Part shown: piece after piece, positions 1 through 10,500 of the stretch
Layout: each line of letters begins with the position of its first letter
Numbering within the stretch: the first letter of the stretch is position 1
Assembly: GCA_026646655.1 (NCBI GenBank)
Contig: JAPKHT010000009.1
Coordinates: 10,518 to 74,517, forward strand
Reading direction: 5' to 3'
DNA from: Verrucomicrobiia bacterium
Lineage (GTDB): Bacteria; Verrucomicrobiota; Verrucomicrobiia; JADLBR01
DNA: 64,000 bases
Made by a program: the position numbers and the translations under genes
The notes under the pieces: model-generated
What the model saw: the letters and a program-made list of their open reading frames with translations, nothing else
Told to the model about the DNA's origin: nothing
Databases searched by the model: none

Positions 1-2163
1 GGCGATCAGGTAGGCCACCACAAACAGACCGGCGCGCAGCACGGCCGACCCAGAGCAAAATTGCAACCAGAAGGACGCGGCCCTCCCGGGGGCAGTGGCG
101 GGCGCCGGGAAGGCGTCGGCGCGGTTGGCGCGCAGAAAGGCGATGCTCTCGCGCAGTTGGCGGTCGAAGGGCCAGCGCCGTTCCGCCGCGCGGTAGCTGA
201 CCAGCGCCCGCCCGCTCTCGCCCGCAAAGAACCAGCTGTTGCCCGCGTTCAGGAGGCGCCCCGCGGACTCAAAGCGGAGGGCCGCCTCTACGAAAAGCGC
301 CTGCGCCTCGTCGGGCCGCTCCCCGCGCATCTCGATGGCGCGGGCGAAGAGCGCGTCGGGCGTCTCCTCCGCGGCGGCGCGTCCGGGGGCCGGCGCCAGC
401 AGCCCAGTCGCCAGGAACAGGAGCGGGAGGGTGGCCCGCTGGAGCCGACGCACCAGATCGCGGATCGAGCGGGACGACGGCGCCGGGCGCTTCCCGTACT
501 CCGCGGCATCTCTTTCCTCAAAGCGGCGCCGGGTCTCTTCGATGAGCCCCGGTTCCACCCGCCTGGCCCGCAGCGCCTCGGCGGCCGTCTCCGCGGTCAA
601 CGCCTCGGCGCAGAGTCCCAGCCGGTCCGCGAGATAATGCCTCCAGGCCACTTCCTCGTCGCTTCTCGCCGCCTGGCGGAACCGCCGCCACGCTCCCGTG
701 GCCCGCGCATAGACCGGATCCCGGCGGCAGCGCTCCCACCGGCGCGCCAGGGGGCGCAGCGCGAGCCAGAGCAACGGCGGCAAAGGCACGATCGCCCACC
801 AGTGACGTCCAAGAAACTCCAACAAGCTGAGGATTGCCATCATCGTCTGCGCGCCGGGTCGGTTCTGTCGGACGCCATCCAACGGGATCGGCGGCTCGGA
901 GTCCAGCCGGGGCGCGACGGCCTGCGCGCCAAGGCCGGGGTCCGGCTTGACCACGACCGGGATGGGCGCGCTCCGCATCGTCTGGTACTCGCCGGCGAGG
1001 GGATTGAACTTCTGGATCACGATGGCCGGGATGCGCGCGATTCCGGGGCGCAACGGGCGCAGTGCGTGGGTGAACGACCGGGTGCTGTCCGTGATCGTTT
1101 CCCGTATGGGTTCCGCCGAGATCCGGAACTCGGGTCGCAGGCTATCGAACGCGGCCGCCGGCAAGCCGGTGATATGCCGCGCGAAATCCATGCCCTCCAG
1201 ATGCACGGTGAACAGCGCGGGCTGGCCCACCACGAGGTTGGTGGGCGCAACGGACGCGCGCAACTCGCACGGCCCGACAATGTCGGCGAAGTCGGCGCGG
1301 CGCCCGGCTTCCCCAAGCGCCCTGACGGCGATCTCGGGGACGGGCGCGGTCAGATAGACCCGCTCGTGGGACTCGCCCTCATCGGGCGCCACGAAGAACT
1401 GGTTATAGAAGTGTTCCGGGGGCTCGTCGGTCGGCGCCTCTCCCTCCAGCAGAGCGCACGCGAGCCGCGCGCGGTGCGCGCGCAACACGCACGCTTCGCC
1501 CGGCACCAGCCTGTAGCTAAACGCGAGGAACCGACGCCCATCGGGCGCGATGCCCTTCCGCGCGACCACGCGCTGGTTGTTCACGGGCAACCCAATCCGT
1601 CCCCCGCCCGGCCCGGGCGGATCGAGCGGGAAGATGCGGCACCGGGCATCCGCGAGAATCGGTATCTCGAAGAGGAGCTGTTTGCATCGGGCAAACGGCA
1701 CGGCGCTGGTCCATGTCACCGTGACGGTGGCGGGTTGACCCACCCGCAACGCCGTCGGCTCGACGGTGACCTCCAGGCCCATCTCCGCCGCGGGGCGTGG
1801 CGCCCTGACCCGCAACCGCAACGGGGACGTGGATGCCGACTCGCCCCCCGCCCGCACCGCGAAGGGCGGCAGCGTGAGGACGCCATCGCGCTCGGCGATC
1901 AGCGCAATCTGGAAGGCGTGCTTCCGCCTGGCCGGGTCGGGGGGCATGCGGCGCATGGAGACCACGGAAAGGCCGGGCACGGCCGGCAAGTCTGGCGTCT
2001 CGGGTGGGGCGTCGCTTTCGACTTCGAGCCGGAGCGCAAAGGGCTCGTGGATGAATCGGGTGGCGGCATCCGGGGCAAGATGAACGGCGATTTCCGCGCG
2101 CGCGGTGGGCACCGATAGGAGCAGGGCCACGACCCGCAGCGGGATGGCGCGACCCGCATTCAC
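1..2163 (-). CDS. BatD-like protein with C-terminal TPR/BatE-like region; 3' end runs off the window
   Basis: Not in the ORF track because there is no stop inside the window. Translated by hand from GTG at 2163, which overlaps the upstream TGA (GTGA). It reads: signal peptide (RAIPLRVVALLLSVPTARA), repeated BatD-like beta-rich modules (VEPTALRVGQPATVTV; VAPTNLVVGQPALFTV), a TM segment, then a TPR-like NAGNSWFFAGESGRALVSYRAA. It follows moxR/DUF58/vWA genes. Confidence 0.75.
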   Translation of the reverse strand, partial: MNAGRAIPLRVVALLLSVPTARAEIAVHLAPDAATRFIHEPFALRLEVESDAPPETPDLPAVPGLSVVSMRRMPPDPARRKHAFQIALIAERDGVLTLPPFAVRAGGESASTSPLRLRVRAPRPAAEMGLEVTVEPTALRVGQPATVTVTWTSAVPFARCKQLLFEIPILADARCRIFPLDPPGPGGGRIGLPVNNQRVVARKGIAPDGRRFLAFSYRLVPGEACVLRAHRARLACALLEGEAPTDEPPEHFYNQFFVAPDEGESHERVYLTAPVPEIAVRALGEAGRRADFADIVGPCELRASVAPTNLVVGQPALFTVHLEGMDFARHITGLPAAAFDSLRPEFRISAEPIRETITDSTRSFTHALRPLRPGIARIPAIVIQKFNPLAGEYQTMRSAPIPVVVKPDPGLGAQAVAPRLDSEPPIPLDGVRQNRPGAQTMMAILSLLEFLGRHWWAIVPLPPLLWLALRPLARRWERCRRDPVYARATGAWRRFRQAARSDEEVAWRHYLADRLGLCAEALTAETAAEALRARRVEPGLIEETRRRFEERDAAEYGKRPAPSSRSIRDLVRRLQRATLPLLFLATGLLAPAPGRAAAEETPDALFARAIEMRGERPDEAQALFVEAALRFESAGRLLNAGNSWFFAGESGRALVSYRAAERRWPFDRQLRESIAFLRANRADAFPAPATAPGRAASFWLQFCSGSAVLRAGLFVVAYLIA

Positions 2164-4217
2164 CAGTTCTTCTCCACCCTGGCGCCCGCGCGGGCCGCCT
2201 TCTGCCTGGCGCGTTTCTGCTGGTTGGCCGCCTCTTCGGCCATGACCTCCGCGGACGTCAGATTCGGGATTGGCAGCGACCGCAGCTCCAGCGCGGCCCT
2301 GAAGTCACCGGCCGACACGGGCTTGGGCGCTACGGCCGCGCCTTCGAAATCGGTTCCATCCATGTCCTCGTCGTAGCCGCTGTCGCCCATGGGGGGCATG
2401 GCGCTGTTGTCCTTTTTTTCGGACGGCGGTTGCTGGCCGCGGAGCACCTCGGCCGCCTGCTGCATCCGCCCGGCCGCGACATGGAGCGCGGAGTTCGCCT
2501 GTGGCCACCGGATGGATTCGGGGGCCAGGCTGGCCAGTGCTTGGCCCTGCGCGGCCACGGCCTCCGACAACAAATCCGCGGCGGGATCCAGTTCTGTGGC
2601 GTGGGGTCTGCCGGAGTCGCCGTAGGCGCGCGCGAGCAACTCGCGGAGCGTCTTCTGCTGCGACGCGACCTCCTCCAAAAGCCCGGCGGTTCCTTCTTGC
2701 ACATGCCGTTGCTCCTTGGCGGTGGCCGAGGCCAGGCGGCGGTCGCTGTTGCGCCGGCCCACATCCGTGTCTTGATACTCGATCTCGTTAACGCTGGCGC
2801 CGCTCTCGCTCAGGTCTGCGCTGGGCGGGGCGACGCGGTGCCCGAGCCATCGCGCGCTCTGCTGGGCGAGCCGGGCCTGGCGCACGGCGAGGCCCTCGAG
2901 TTGCCCGATGATCTCGCCTAGTTGAGCGCCCCGTTTCCCCTCGGCCACGCGGTGCTTCTCGATCTCGGCGTCCAACTCCTCCAGTTGTCGGGTGATGGCC
3001 GTGATCTGGCGGGCGGCCCCTGCGTCGCCGGGCCGCAACAGCGCGGCGCGCAGGAATTGCTCGCGCGCGTCGAGCAGCAGCGACCGGGCGCCCGGGGGAT
3101 CGATGGCCGTCTGCTCCCGCGCGAATTGGAGCAACTCGCCGCCCCGCTTGAACTTCTCTTGGTGGAGAACCTCGGCGGCGTCCTCCGCCTGTCGCGCGCA
3201 ACCGTGCAACAACAGGGCGAGCGCGGCCCACCGACGAATCCCCGAAAGCGCCGGCGACGACGATGCGATCCACAGCCCCACCGCCAATCCCAGAAGATAC
3301 GGGTACCCCTCCGAGTAACGCACGTGCCGCACCTCTCCCACAATGGCGTCCCCGGACGCCCCGGAGATCATCTGACGATAGAGCGGCACCAGATCGAAGG
3401 GACGGGTCCGGGCGGGATAATAGGTCACGCCCGAACACGCTTCGGCCAATCCCGCGAGGGTCCCTTCCTGGAGGCGCGAGACCACTTCGGCACCCCCGTG
3501 CCACATCCACTGATTCGTGCCCGACTGGTCCGGCACGCGCGCGCCTTGCGCGGGATCGCCCAATCCGATGATCAGGGTGCGCGCACCCGATTTCTTCAGG
3601 ATCCCGGCGGCCGCGCTCATGTCGCTCAGGTGATCCTCGCCGTCGGTGAAAACGACGATATCCCGCCCACCGCCCGACGCGTCGCTCAACACGGTGCCCA
3701 CGGCCTTCTCGAATGCCGCCTGCAACGAGGTGCTGCCCACATCCATGTCCGACGGGTCGGCGCGCTCCAGCATGTACCGCACAAACCCGTGGTCCGACGT
3801 CAGCGGGACGCGGACCGATGCCGATCCCGCGAACGTGATCAGCGCGATCCGCTGCCCGGCCCATGACGGCAGCGCCTCGTGGATGGCGATCCGGGCGGCC
3901 TCCAGCCGGCTCGGAAAGACGTCGGTCGCCAACATGCTCCGCGAGACGTCCAGGGCGATGACGACATCGCGCCCCCTCCGTCCCGTCTCGTGGGGACGCG
4001 GATCCCACTGTGGCCGGGCGAGCGCAAACACGGTGCAGGCCAGCGCCGTCAGGGCCAGCCAATCGCGGCCCCCCAACCCGAACCGCACGATTCCGGGGAC
4101 GTCCCCCTTCAGCTGGCAGGCCGCCTGGAACTGTAGCCGGCGCGCGCGCGCCATGAGCCATCCGGCCACGGCGACCGCCGGCAGCAAGAGCAACATCCAC
4201 GGCGAGCCAAGGATCAC
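2160..4217 (-). CDS. vWA domain protein (BatB-like) with long helical C-terminal extension
   Basis: ALARPQW and the MIDAS motif LDVSRSM, plus RIALITFAG and VFTDGEDH. GTG start at 4217 overlaps the stop of the upstream vWA gene; the ORF-track start at 4697 is too long. Confidence 0.85.
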   Translation of the reverse strand: MILGSPWMLLLLPAVAVAGWLMARARRLQFQAACQLKGDVPGIVRFGLGGRDWLALTALACTVFALARPQWDPRPHETGRRGRDVVIALDVSRSMLATDVFPSRLEAARIAIHEALPSWAGQRIALITFAGSASVRVPLTSDHGFVRYMLERADPSDMDVGSTSLQAAFEKAVGTVLSDASGGGRDIVVFTDGEDHLSDMSAAAGILKKSGARTLIIGLGDPAQGARVPDQSGTNQWMWHGGAEVVSRLQEGTLAGLAEACSGVTYYPARTRPFDLVPLYRQMISGASGDAIVGEVRHVRYSEGYPYLLGLAVGLWIASSSPALSGIRRWAALALLLHGCARQAEDAAEVLHQEKFKRGGELLQFAREQTAIDPPGARSLLLDAREQFLRAALLRPGDAGAARQITAITRQLEELDAEIEKHRVAEGKRGAQLGEIIGQLEGLAVRQARLAQQSARWLGHRVAPPSADLSESGASVNEIEYQDTDVGRRNSDRRLASATAKEQRHVQEGTAGLLEEVASQQKTLRELLARAYGDSGRPHATELDPAADLLSEAVAAQGQALASLAPESIRWPQANSALHVAAGRMQQAAEVLRGQQPPSEKKDNSAMPPMGDSGYDEDMDGTDFEGAAVAPKPVSAGDFRAALELRSLPIPNLTSAEVMAEEAANQQKRARQKAARAGARVEKNW

Positions 4218-5254
4218 CGGTGGACCTCCTCCGCGACCCGCAGCCACGTGCAGCGCAGCACTCGCTCCGCCAGCAGCGACAGCAGCCCCGCCAGAGCGAG
4301 ATACTGGTATAGCGGTCTGATCTCGGTGCGGTACTCGATCGCGCTCTTGATCTCGCTCGTCTCCAGCCGATCGATCCCGGCATAGACCTCCTGCAGCTGG
4401 GTCGCGTTGCCCACCTTCCAGTACGCGCCCCCGGTCTCGTCGGCCAACCGGCGCAACAGCTTCTCGGCATCGGTCAGCCCGTCGTCGTCCGACCCCTGTG
4501 CGGCGCCGGAAGCCTGGGCCCCGTCGTCCTTCATGCTGATCGCATAGACGCGGATGCCCCACTTCTTCGCGAGCCCGGCCGCCTCCTCCGGCAGGTGGAG
4601 GCCACAGTTGTTCTCGCCGTCGGTGAGCAGCACGACCACCTTGCTGCGGATCGCCGCGCGGGGCTCGTCCTTCCGGCCTCCAGCAGCAGCCTGCCACTGG
4701 CCCATCTGATCGAGCCGGGCGCAGGCGAGGGCGAGGGCGTCGCCGTAACCGGTGCCATCCTCGTTGGGAAGCTCTTGGACGGCCAGGCCGCGGACAATCT
4801 CGACCAGGGCATCGTGCCCATGCGTGAGCGGGCTGAGGGTGTCCGCGTACCTGGCGAACGCGACCAGGCCGATCAGGTCATCGGGCCGGTGGCGGATGAA
4901 CTGCTCGACGACGCGCTTGGCCCCCTCCAGGCGCGACGTGCTCTCCCCGTCTCCCGACGAAAGGCCCTGATCCATGCTGCTCGAAGTATCGATGAGGAGC
5001 TGGATGGCGACCCCCTGCCGGGTCTCCTCCCCAATCCGTCGCTCGATCTGTGGCCCGGCGCAGGCCACGATCAGCAGCGCGACGGCCGCCGCGCGCAACG
5101 GACCGACCCGGCGCAGCCAACGGAGCCTGCGCGAGGGCGGCACGTCCCGCCACACCGCCAGGCCCGGCACCGCGATCGCGGCAGGGTGCCGCTCGCGCCA
5201 CGCGGCGAGCGCGAGCGGCAGCAGGAGCAGGACCCAGGGCAACGCAAACGTCAT
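4214..5254 (-). CDS. vWA domain protein (BatA-like)
   Basis: N-terminal F..PW.LLLLP (BatA-type), MIDAS IDTSSSM, DLIGLVAFA, LLTDGENN, C-terminal TM. ATG at 5254 overlaps the upstream stop (ATGA). Confidence 0.88.
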   Translation of the reverse strand: MTFALPWVLLLLPLALAAWRERHPAAIAVPGLAVWRDVPPSRRLRWLRRVGPLRAAAVALLIVACAGPQIERRIGEETRQGVAIQLLIDTSSSMDQGLSSGDGESTSRLEGAKRVVEQFIRHRPDDLIGLVAFARYADTLSPLTHGHDALVEIVRGLAVQELPNEDGTGYGDALALACARLDQMGQWQAAAGGRKDEPRAAIRSKVVVLLTDGENNCGLHLPEEAAGLAKKWGIRVYAISMKDDGAQASGAAQGSDDDGLTDAEKLLRRLADETGGAYWKVGNATQLQEVYAGIDRLETSEIKSAIEYRTEIRPLYQYLALAGLLSLLAERVLRCTWLRVAEEVHR

Positions 5255-5661
5255 GGGCCAATCTCGCCGACGCGAATGGTGATCTCGGGGAAGAGCGATT
5301 TCCGTCCCGCCGTCTCGACGGAGATCGCGTTGACCTTGACGGTCCCCGGCTTGAGCGCCTGCCAAATGACCACCCGCCTATGGAGGATGGCGCCCTCCTT
5401 CGTCCTCTGCACCGGCGGCTTCTCGATCGCCCGCAGCACGAGCGACGGATGGGCGGGAATGTGCAGGCGGATGGGTGCCGCAGAGTCGGCCTCGATCGCC
5501 AGCTCGAGCCTCATCGGCTCACCCACCACGGCCTGAAACGCGCGGGGCTGGCAACTCAAGCGGATGTTCCCCTCCGCCATCGCGTCCGCCCCCCCCCACG
5601 ACGCGAGGGCCGCAATGGCGCACGCGGCGGCTGCCCGCACGGGCCTACCCCCCCGTCTCAT
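5251..5661 (-). CDS. small exported protein, single BatD-like beta module
   Basis: Signal peptide then AVVGEPMRLELAIE...ALKPGTVKV. It lies between DUF58 and the BatA-like gene with overlapping boundaries. Confidence 0.6.
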   Translation of the reverse strand: MRRGGRPVRAAAACAIAALASWGGADAMAEGNIRLSCQPRAFQAVVGEPMRLELAIEADSAAPIRLHIPAHPSLVLRAIEKPPVQRTKEGAILHRRVVIWQALKPGTVKVNAISVETAGRKSLFPEITIRVGEIGP

Positions 5662-6535
5662 CGGCTGTCCTCCTGAGGCGCCCTCGGAAGAACCGGGCCA
5701 ATTCTTCCGCGCAGTCGCCGCGGGTGTCGAGTTCGAGAAGATCGGCGCGCACCGACCCGAACTCCTCGCGCAGCCGGGCTCGCCGGTTGCCAAACGTGTC
5801 CCTGCATGCGTCGCTCCCCGAGGGACCGAGGTCGGCGACCAGCGTCTCGCCGGTCTCCGAGTCGCGGACCGAGGCCAGCCCACAGGGCGGTGGCTGGCGC
5901 TCGGCGGGGTGATTCACGGCGATGCCGACGAGGTCGTGGCGAAAGGCCAGCGCGCCAAGCTGCTCGCGATCGACGTCGAAGAGGAAATCCGACAGCAGCA
6001 GGACGAGCGCCCTGCGCCTCGCCATGTGCAGGATCGCGTCGAGGGCGGGCGCGGGATCGCTGCCGCGGCCGCGGGGCTCGACGGCCACGAGATCCGCCAG
6101 CAGGCGCAGCGCGTGCTGCCGGCCTTTCCGGGGCTGGAGGATCTGCTCCACCCGGTCCGACCAGAGAATCATCCCGACCCGGTCGTGGTTGCGGGTCGCG
6201 GAAAGCGTTATGAGCGCGGTCAACTCCTGCATCGCATCCCACTTCGAGCGGCAGGGCCCTGCGATCCGGCAGGAGGCGGAGGTGTCCACCGCCAGCCAGA
6301 CGGCCAGCTCGCGCTCCTCGATGTAGCGCCTCAGGTGCGGGCGGCCCGTGCGGGCGGTCACGTTCCAGTCAATGCACCGCACCTCGTCGCCGGGGTGGTA
6401 CGGGCAGATCTCGTCGAAATCCATCCCCCTGCCCTTGAACACGCTCCTGTACTCGCCGGCGAGCAGGTGCTCGACCGGATAGCGGGTGCGCAGCTGGAGC
6501 TGCCGCAGGCGCTGGTCAATGGCGTGCAGCGGCAT
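5645..6535 (-). CDS. DUF58 family protein (MoxR partner)
   Basis: GEYRSVFKGRGMDFDE..Y.PGDEVR.IDWNVTAR and YIEERE...VDTSAS are diagnostic motifs. Confidence 0.93.
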   Translation of the reverse strand: MPLHAIDQRLRQLQLRTRYPVEHLLAGEYRSVFKGRGMDFDEICPYHPGDEVRCIDWNVTARTGRPHLRRYIEERELAVWLAVDTSASCRIAGPCRSKWDAMQELTALITLSATRNHDRVGMILWSDRVEQILQPRKGRQHALRLLADLVAVEPRGRGSDPAPALDAILHMARRRALVLLLSDFLFDVDREQLGALAFRHDLVGIAVNHPAERQPPPCGLASVRDSETGETLVADLGPSGSDACRDTFGNRRARLREEFGSVRADLLELDTRGDCAEELARFFRGRLRRTADETGG

Positions 6536-7517
6536 GGGGCGCCCCGGCTTCGTTGACGGGCACGCGCTCGACGATGCGATCGAGCAGCGCGTCGGAATTC
6601 AAGCCCTCCGCCTCGGCGCGGTAACTGATCGCGATCCGGTGCCGCGCCACGTCGTGCAGCATGGCCTTCACGTCGTCGGGGACCACGTAGTCGCGCCGCC
6701 GCACCAGCGCGTGGCCGCGCGCCGCGAGCGCGAGGTAGATGGTGGCCCGGGGCGACGCCCCGAACCGGATGAACGGCGCCAGGTCGCCGAGCCCCCAGCC
6801 GCCCGGGTCGCGGGTCGCGGCCACCAGTCTCAGGATGTACCTCTCGATCTTCTCGTCGAGGTGGACGGCGTCGAGTTCCTCGCGCATCGCGAGGATGTCC
6901 TCCAGCGTCGCCACGGCCGCGACGCTCGTGACGGGCCTGGTGCGGGCCACCCGTCGCAAGATCTCATGCTCTTCGTCGGGGGTCGGGTACTCGACGAGAA
7001 GCTTGAACATGAAGCGGTCCACCTGCGCCTCCGGCAGCGAGTAGGTGCCCTCCTGCTCGATCGGGTTTTGCGTGGCGAGCACCATGAAGGGCTCCGGCAA
7101 CTTGTGCGTCTGCCCCCCGAGCGTCACCTGGCGCTCCTGCATCGCCTCCAGCAGCGCGCTCTGCACCTTGGCGGGCGATCGGTTGATCTCGTCGCCGAGC
7201 ACGAGGTTGGCGAAGATCGGCCCCCTGTGGGTCTCGAAGGCGCCGGTCTCGTGCCGATAGATCTGCGTGCCCACGAGATCGCCCGGCAACAGGTCGGGCG
7301 TGAACTGGATGCGGCTGAAACGCGCGCCCAGGGCCTGCGCCAGCGTGTTGACCATCATCGTCTTGGCGATACCGGGGACGCCCTCCAGCAGCACGTGCCC
7401 GTTGCACAGCATCGCGATCAGCATCTTCTCCAGCGGGTCGCGCTGGCCGACGATCACGCGCCCGACCGCCCCGAGGATGGCATTCAGCTTTTCGGAAACC
7501 GCGTCTTCCCTGTTCAT
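6516..7517 (-). CDS. moxR: MoxR family AAA+ ATPase
   Basis: GHVLLEGVPGIAKT (Walker A), RIQFTPDLLPGD, DEINRSPAKVQSALLEAMQE, ATQNPIEQEGTYSLPEAQVDRF. Start taken at ATG 7517. Confidence 0.95.
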   Translation of the reverse strand: MNREDAVSEKLNAILGAVGRVIVGQRDPLEKMLIAMLCNGHVLLEGVPGIAKTMMVNTLAQALGARFSRIQFTPDLLPGDLVGTQIYRHETGAFETHRGPIFANLVLGDEINRSPAKVQSALLEAMQERQVTLGGQTHKLPEPFMVLATQNPIEQEGTYSLPEAQVDRFMFKLLVEYPTPDEEHEILRRVARTRPVTSVAAVATLEDILAMREELDAVHLDEKIERYILRLVAATRDPGGWGLGDLAPFIRFGASPRATIYLALAARGHALVRRRDYVVPDDVKAMLHDVARHRIAISYRAEAEGLNSDALLDRIVERVPVNEAGAPHAAARH

Positions 7518-7560
7518 TTTCACCTGCGGCGGCGCACCCGATTTCTCGCGCGAGACCCGC

Positions 7561-10500
7561 TCATCGTGCCTGGGCGATCTCGACGGGGCCAAAGTCCGCC
7601 GAGGCCCCACTGACGCAATAACCCACGTGGGTGATGGCCCTGATCGGGCGCTCCAGTTTCGCCCGCACCGTCGCCCCGCCGGCCGACAGGGTGACGTCCC
7701 CGGATGCCAGGTCCACGGCCACGGTCAACTCGTACGGTCGTCCCACCTCCGTGGCGCAAGGCGCGGTGGCGCCCTTTTCCTTCGCGAGGGGCCCCTGGAT
7801 GATCGCGGCGGTCTTCTTTCTCATCCTCAAGCCGCACTTCACCAGATTCGCCTCCCCGTCGCCATCCCCAAAGGCGAGATAGCCATTGTTCGGGCCCGTC
7901 TCGCTCGTGTATTGGATCTTGCAGCTCAGCGTGACCTTTCCGCCCGCGGGCGCCTCGAGTTTCCTCACGGCGGCGCCGATCGCTTTCCCCTCCGCCGCGA
8001 CCCGATACCCCAGGGCCGACTGGAAGACGCGCGCCCCATCCACCTTCGCGAAATCGGCATCCCTCGGCGGTCCAGATGCCGGGGCCGCCTTCTGCGGCGC
8101 GGCCTGCTGCTTCTTTTTCCCTTTGCCCTTGCCCTTCTCGGGCGCCGGCGGGGGCGGGGGCGCGGAGTTCTTGTTCAATTCCTCGATCTTCTGGTCCGCC
8201 AGCGCCTCGAGGCCCTGGCCCTCGCCGCCGATGCAGCTGAGCGTCCCGTCGGTCGCCGCCACGTACAGGTTGCCGTAGGCGCCGGCCATGCCGTCCAGCA
8301 CGGGCGCAGTCGCCATGCGGTGGCCGGAGAGGATCTTCCCGGATCGCTTGTCGACGGCCAGCAGGATCGAACCCGAACCGCCGTTCATCGCCTTCTCCTG
8401 CTCGGCCATGATTCTCTGCACCTCCGCCTCCGTGATCCGCAGCTTGACCTCGTCCTGGCGCATGAGTTCCTCGGGACCGAGCAGGAATAGGCGATCATCG
8501 GAGGCCACCATCGCCCGGACCAGGATCGGCAGCATCACGCTCCACTGGTCCTCGTATTCGCGGTTCTTGGCGTGCAGGTGAAAGACGTACTCCTCCGACC
8601 ACTTGAAGTAGCGCTGGAGGCGTCCCCACGTGTAGATCCGATCCTTGTCGAACGTGATCATGCGCCCGGCCGGGGCGCCCTTGGCGCCCGCCTGCGTGTA
8701 GCCGCTGTGGCCCGAGGCGTGATAGTTGCCATAGATCCAGTAGGTGCGGTGCCACCAGCTGTCGTCGAGGAATCCGGTCCCGCTGAAGAGGTGGGCGTCC
8801 TCGCCCTTCTGTTTCGTGGCGACCGGGTCGTGCGTCGTCGCGACGTGCTGGGCATAGCTGCCCGCCTCGTATCCGTACAGCTTGCCGCTGAAAATCAGGT
8901 CAAGGCGGTTCCCTTCCAGATCGAAGGGCTGATAGCGCATGAAGATCTTCTTGCCGTTCGAGGAGAGCAGGTCCGACAGCGCCATCGGCATGTTGAGGAT
9001 CTCGTGCTGCATCTGGAGCGACTCCCCCGTGCCAGGCACCTTGTCGTCCATGATGTGCTCCTTGATCTTCCGACCCGTCAGGGCGTCGAGGATCAGGAAC
9101 CGGATGCCGCCGTCGTTGAACATCGAGCGCCCGGCCACGGTGTAGACCCGGTCGTCCATCACCAGGACGTTGCCGTGGACGGGATGGGTCGACTCCATCC
9201 GCTCGAGGTACATGTGCTGCGCAGGCGCCGGCGCGGCCTGAAATTTCCAGCGGAGGGAGCCATCCTTCAGGTCGAGGCAATAGACGCACCCGTCCGACGC
9301 CCCGAAGTACACCAGCCCCTTGTAGATCGCGGGCGATGAATCGACTCGCCCGCCGGGGATGAATCGCCAGGCGGGTTCGCCCGTGCCGGCGGCGAGGGCG
9401 CACAGGACCGGGTTGTCCTTGTCGGCCACGAGCACTTTCTGGTCGGCGATCACCGGCTGGGTCGGCGCGCCGGGCAACTTGACCGACCACCTCAAGCGGT
9501 TTGGCGCGCCGATCCCGGTGACGAGCCCGCTCCGGGCGACATCGGCCCGGTAGGTGGGCCATTCGCCCTCCACCCGGCCGAGTTGTCCCGGGAATGCCGC
9601 CCCCGCGCCGGAGGCGGCGATCAGGCGCCGATCGTCGGGGACCGGCTGCAGCGCGAGCCGCGAGGAACCCGCGGGCGCCAGCGCGGTGAACCCGTACATC
9701 TTCGCGCCGATGTAGCAGGAACAGGGGTGCTGCGGCGCGTAGAGCAGCCCATTGGCCGGCATGATGCCGTACAGGCACGCGCCCCGCACCCAGTGGTGCA
9801 ACGTCCACTCGCCCGTCTCGAGGTCCACGAACTCCGTGCCGGTCCGGCTCATGATGAGAAAATCCTCGGTAGCCTTGGCCGGATAGCAGCGGTGGTGGAA
9901 CCAATACGCCGGAATGTCGTCGTACTTCTTCTCTTCCTGGCCGGTGCCGGGATTCCGGGCCACGATCTCGCCGGTGCCCGTCGGGCTCTCCTTCCTCCCG
10001 GAGGTGACATTCGCCGCCCACATCTTCCCCCCGATCACCAGCAGGTCGCCGGGCGACTGGTAGCCGCCCGAGAGGTGCTTCTCCTTCCAGAGCACCTTGC
10101 CGTTCTCGGTGGACATCCCGGCCACCTGCCCCGCGGCGCTCCCCCTGTGCGGCACGTAATCCTCCCCGCCGACAAACATCACCACCCCGCCCTGCACCAC
10201 CAGCTTCGGCGCATAGAAGGTGGCCATCTCCTTCCACACCGGCAGTTCCGCGGACTTCCAAAGCACCTCGCCGGTCTCGCGGCCCAGTGCGACCACCTGT
10301 TTGCCGTCAAAGAGATAGACCTTGCCCTTCGATGCCGAGAGCGTGCTCGGCGCGACCCAGTCGAACGACTTCGACCAGAGCACCTTCCCCGCCTCGATGT
10401 CGCAGCAGAGGACCTGCTTCTTGCGGATGTTCCATTTGCCGCCGATGAAATTCATGCGGGGCCCGTTTTGGAATTCATCCTTGTTCTCGTTCGTGTCGGC

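Noticed and set aside
61-2118. 685-aa plus-strand ORF, and many other long ORFs such as 9583-11970, 21486-24848, 29183-31606, 53045-55150 and 62380-63954
   Set aside because: Antisense or alternate-frame shadows of real genes, expected at this GC content; Arg/Gly/Pro-rich with no motifs.
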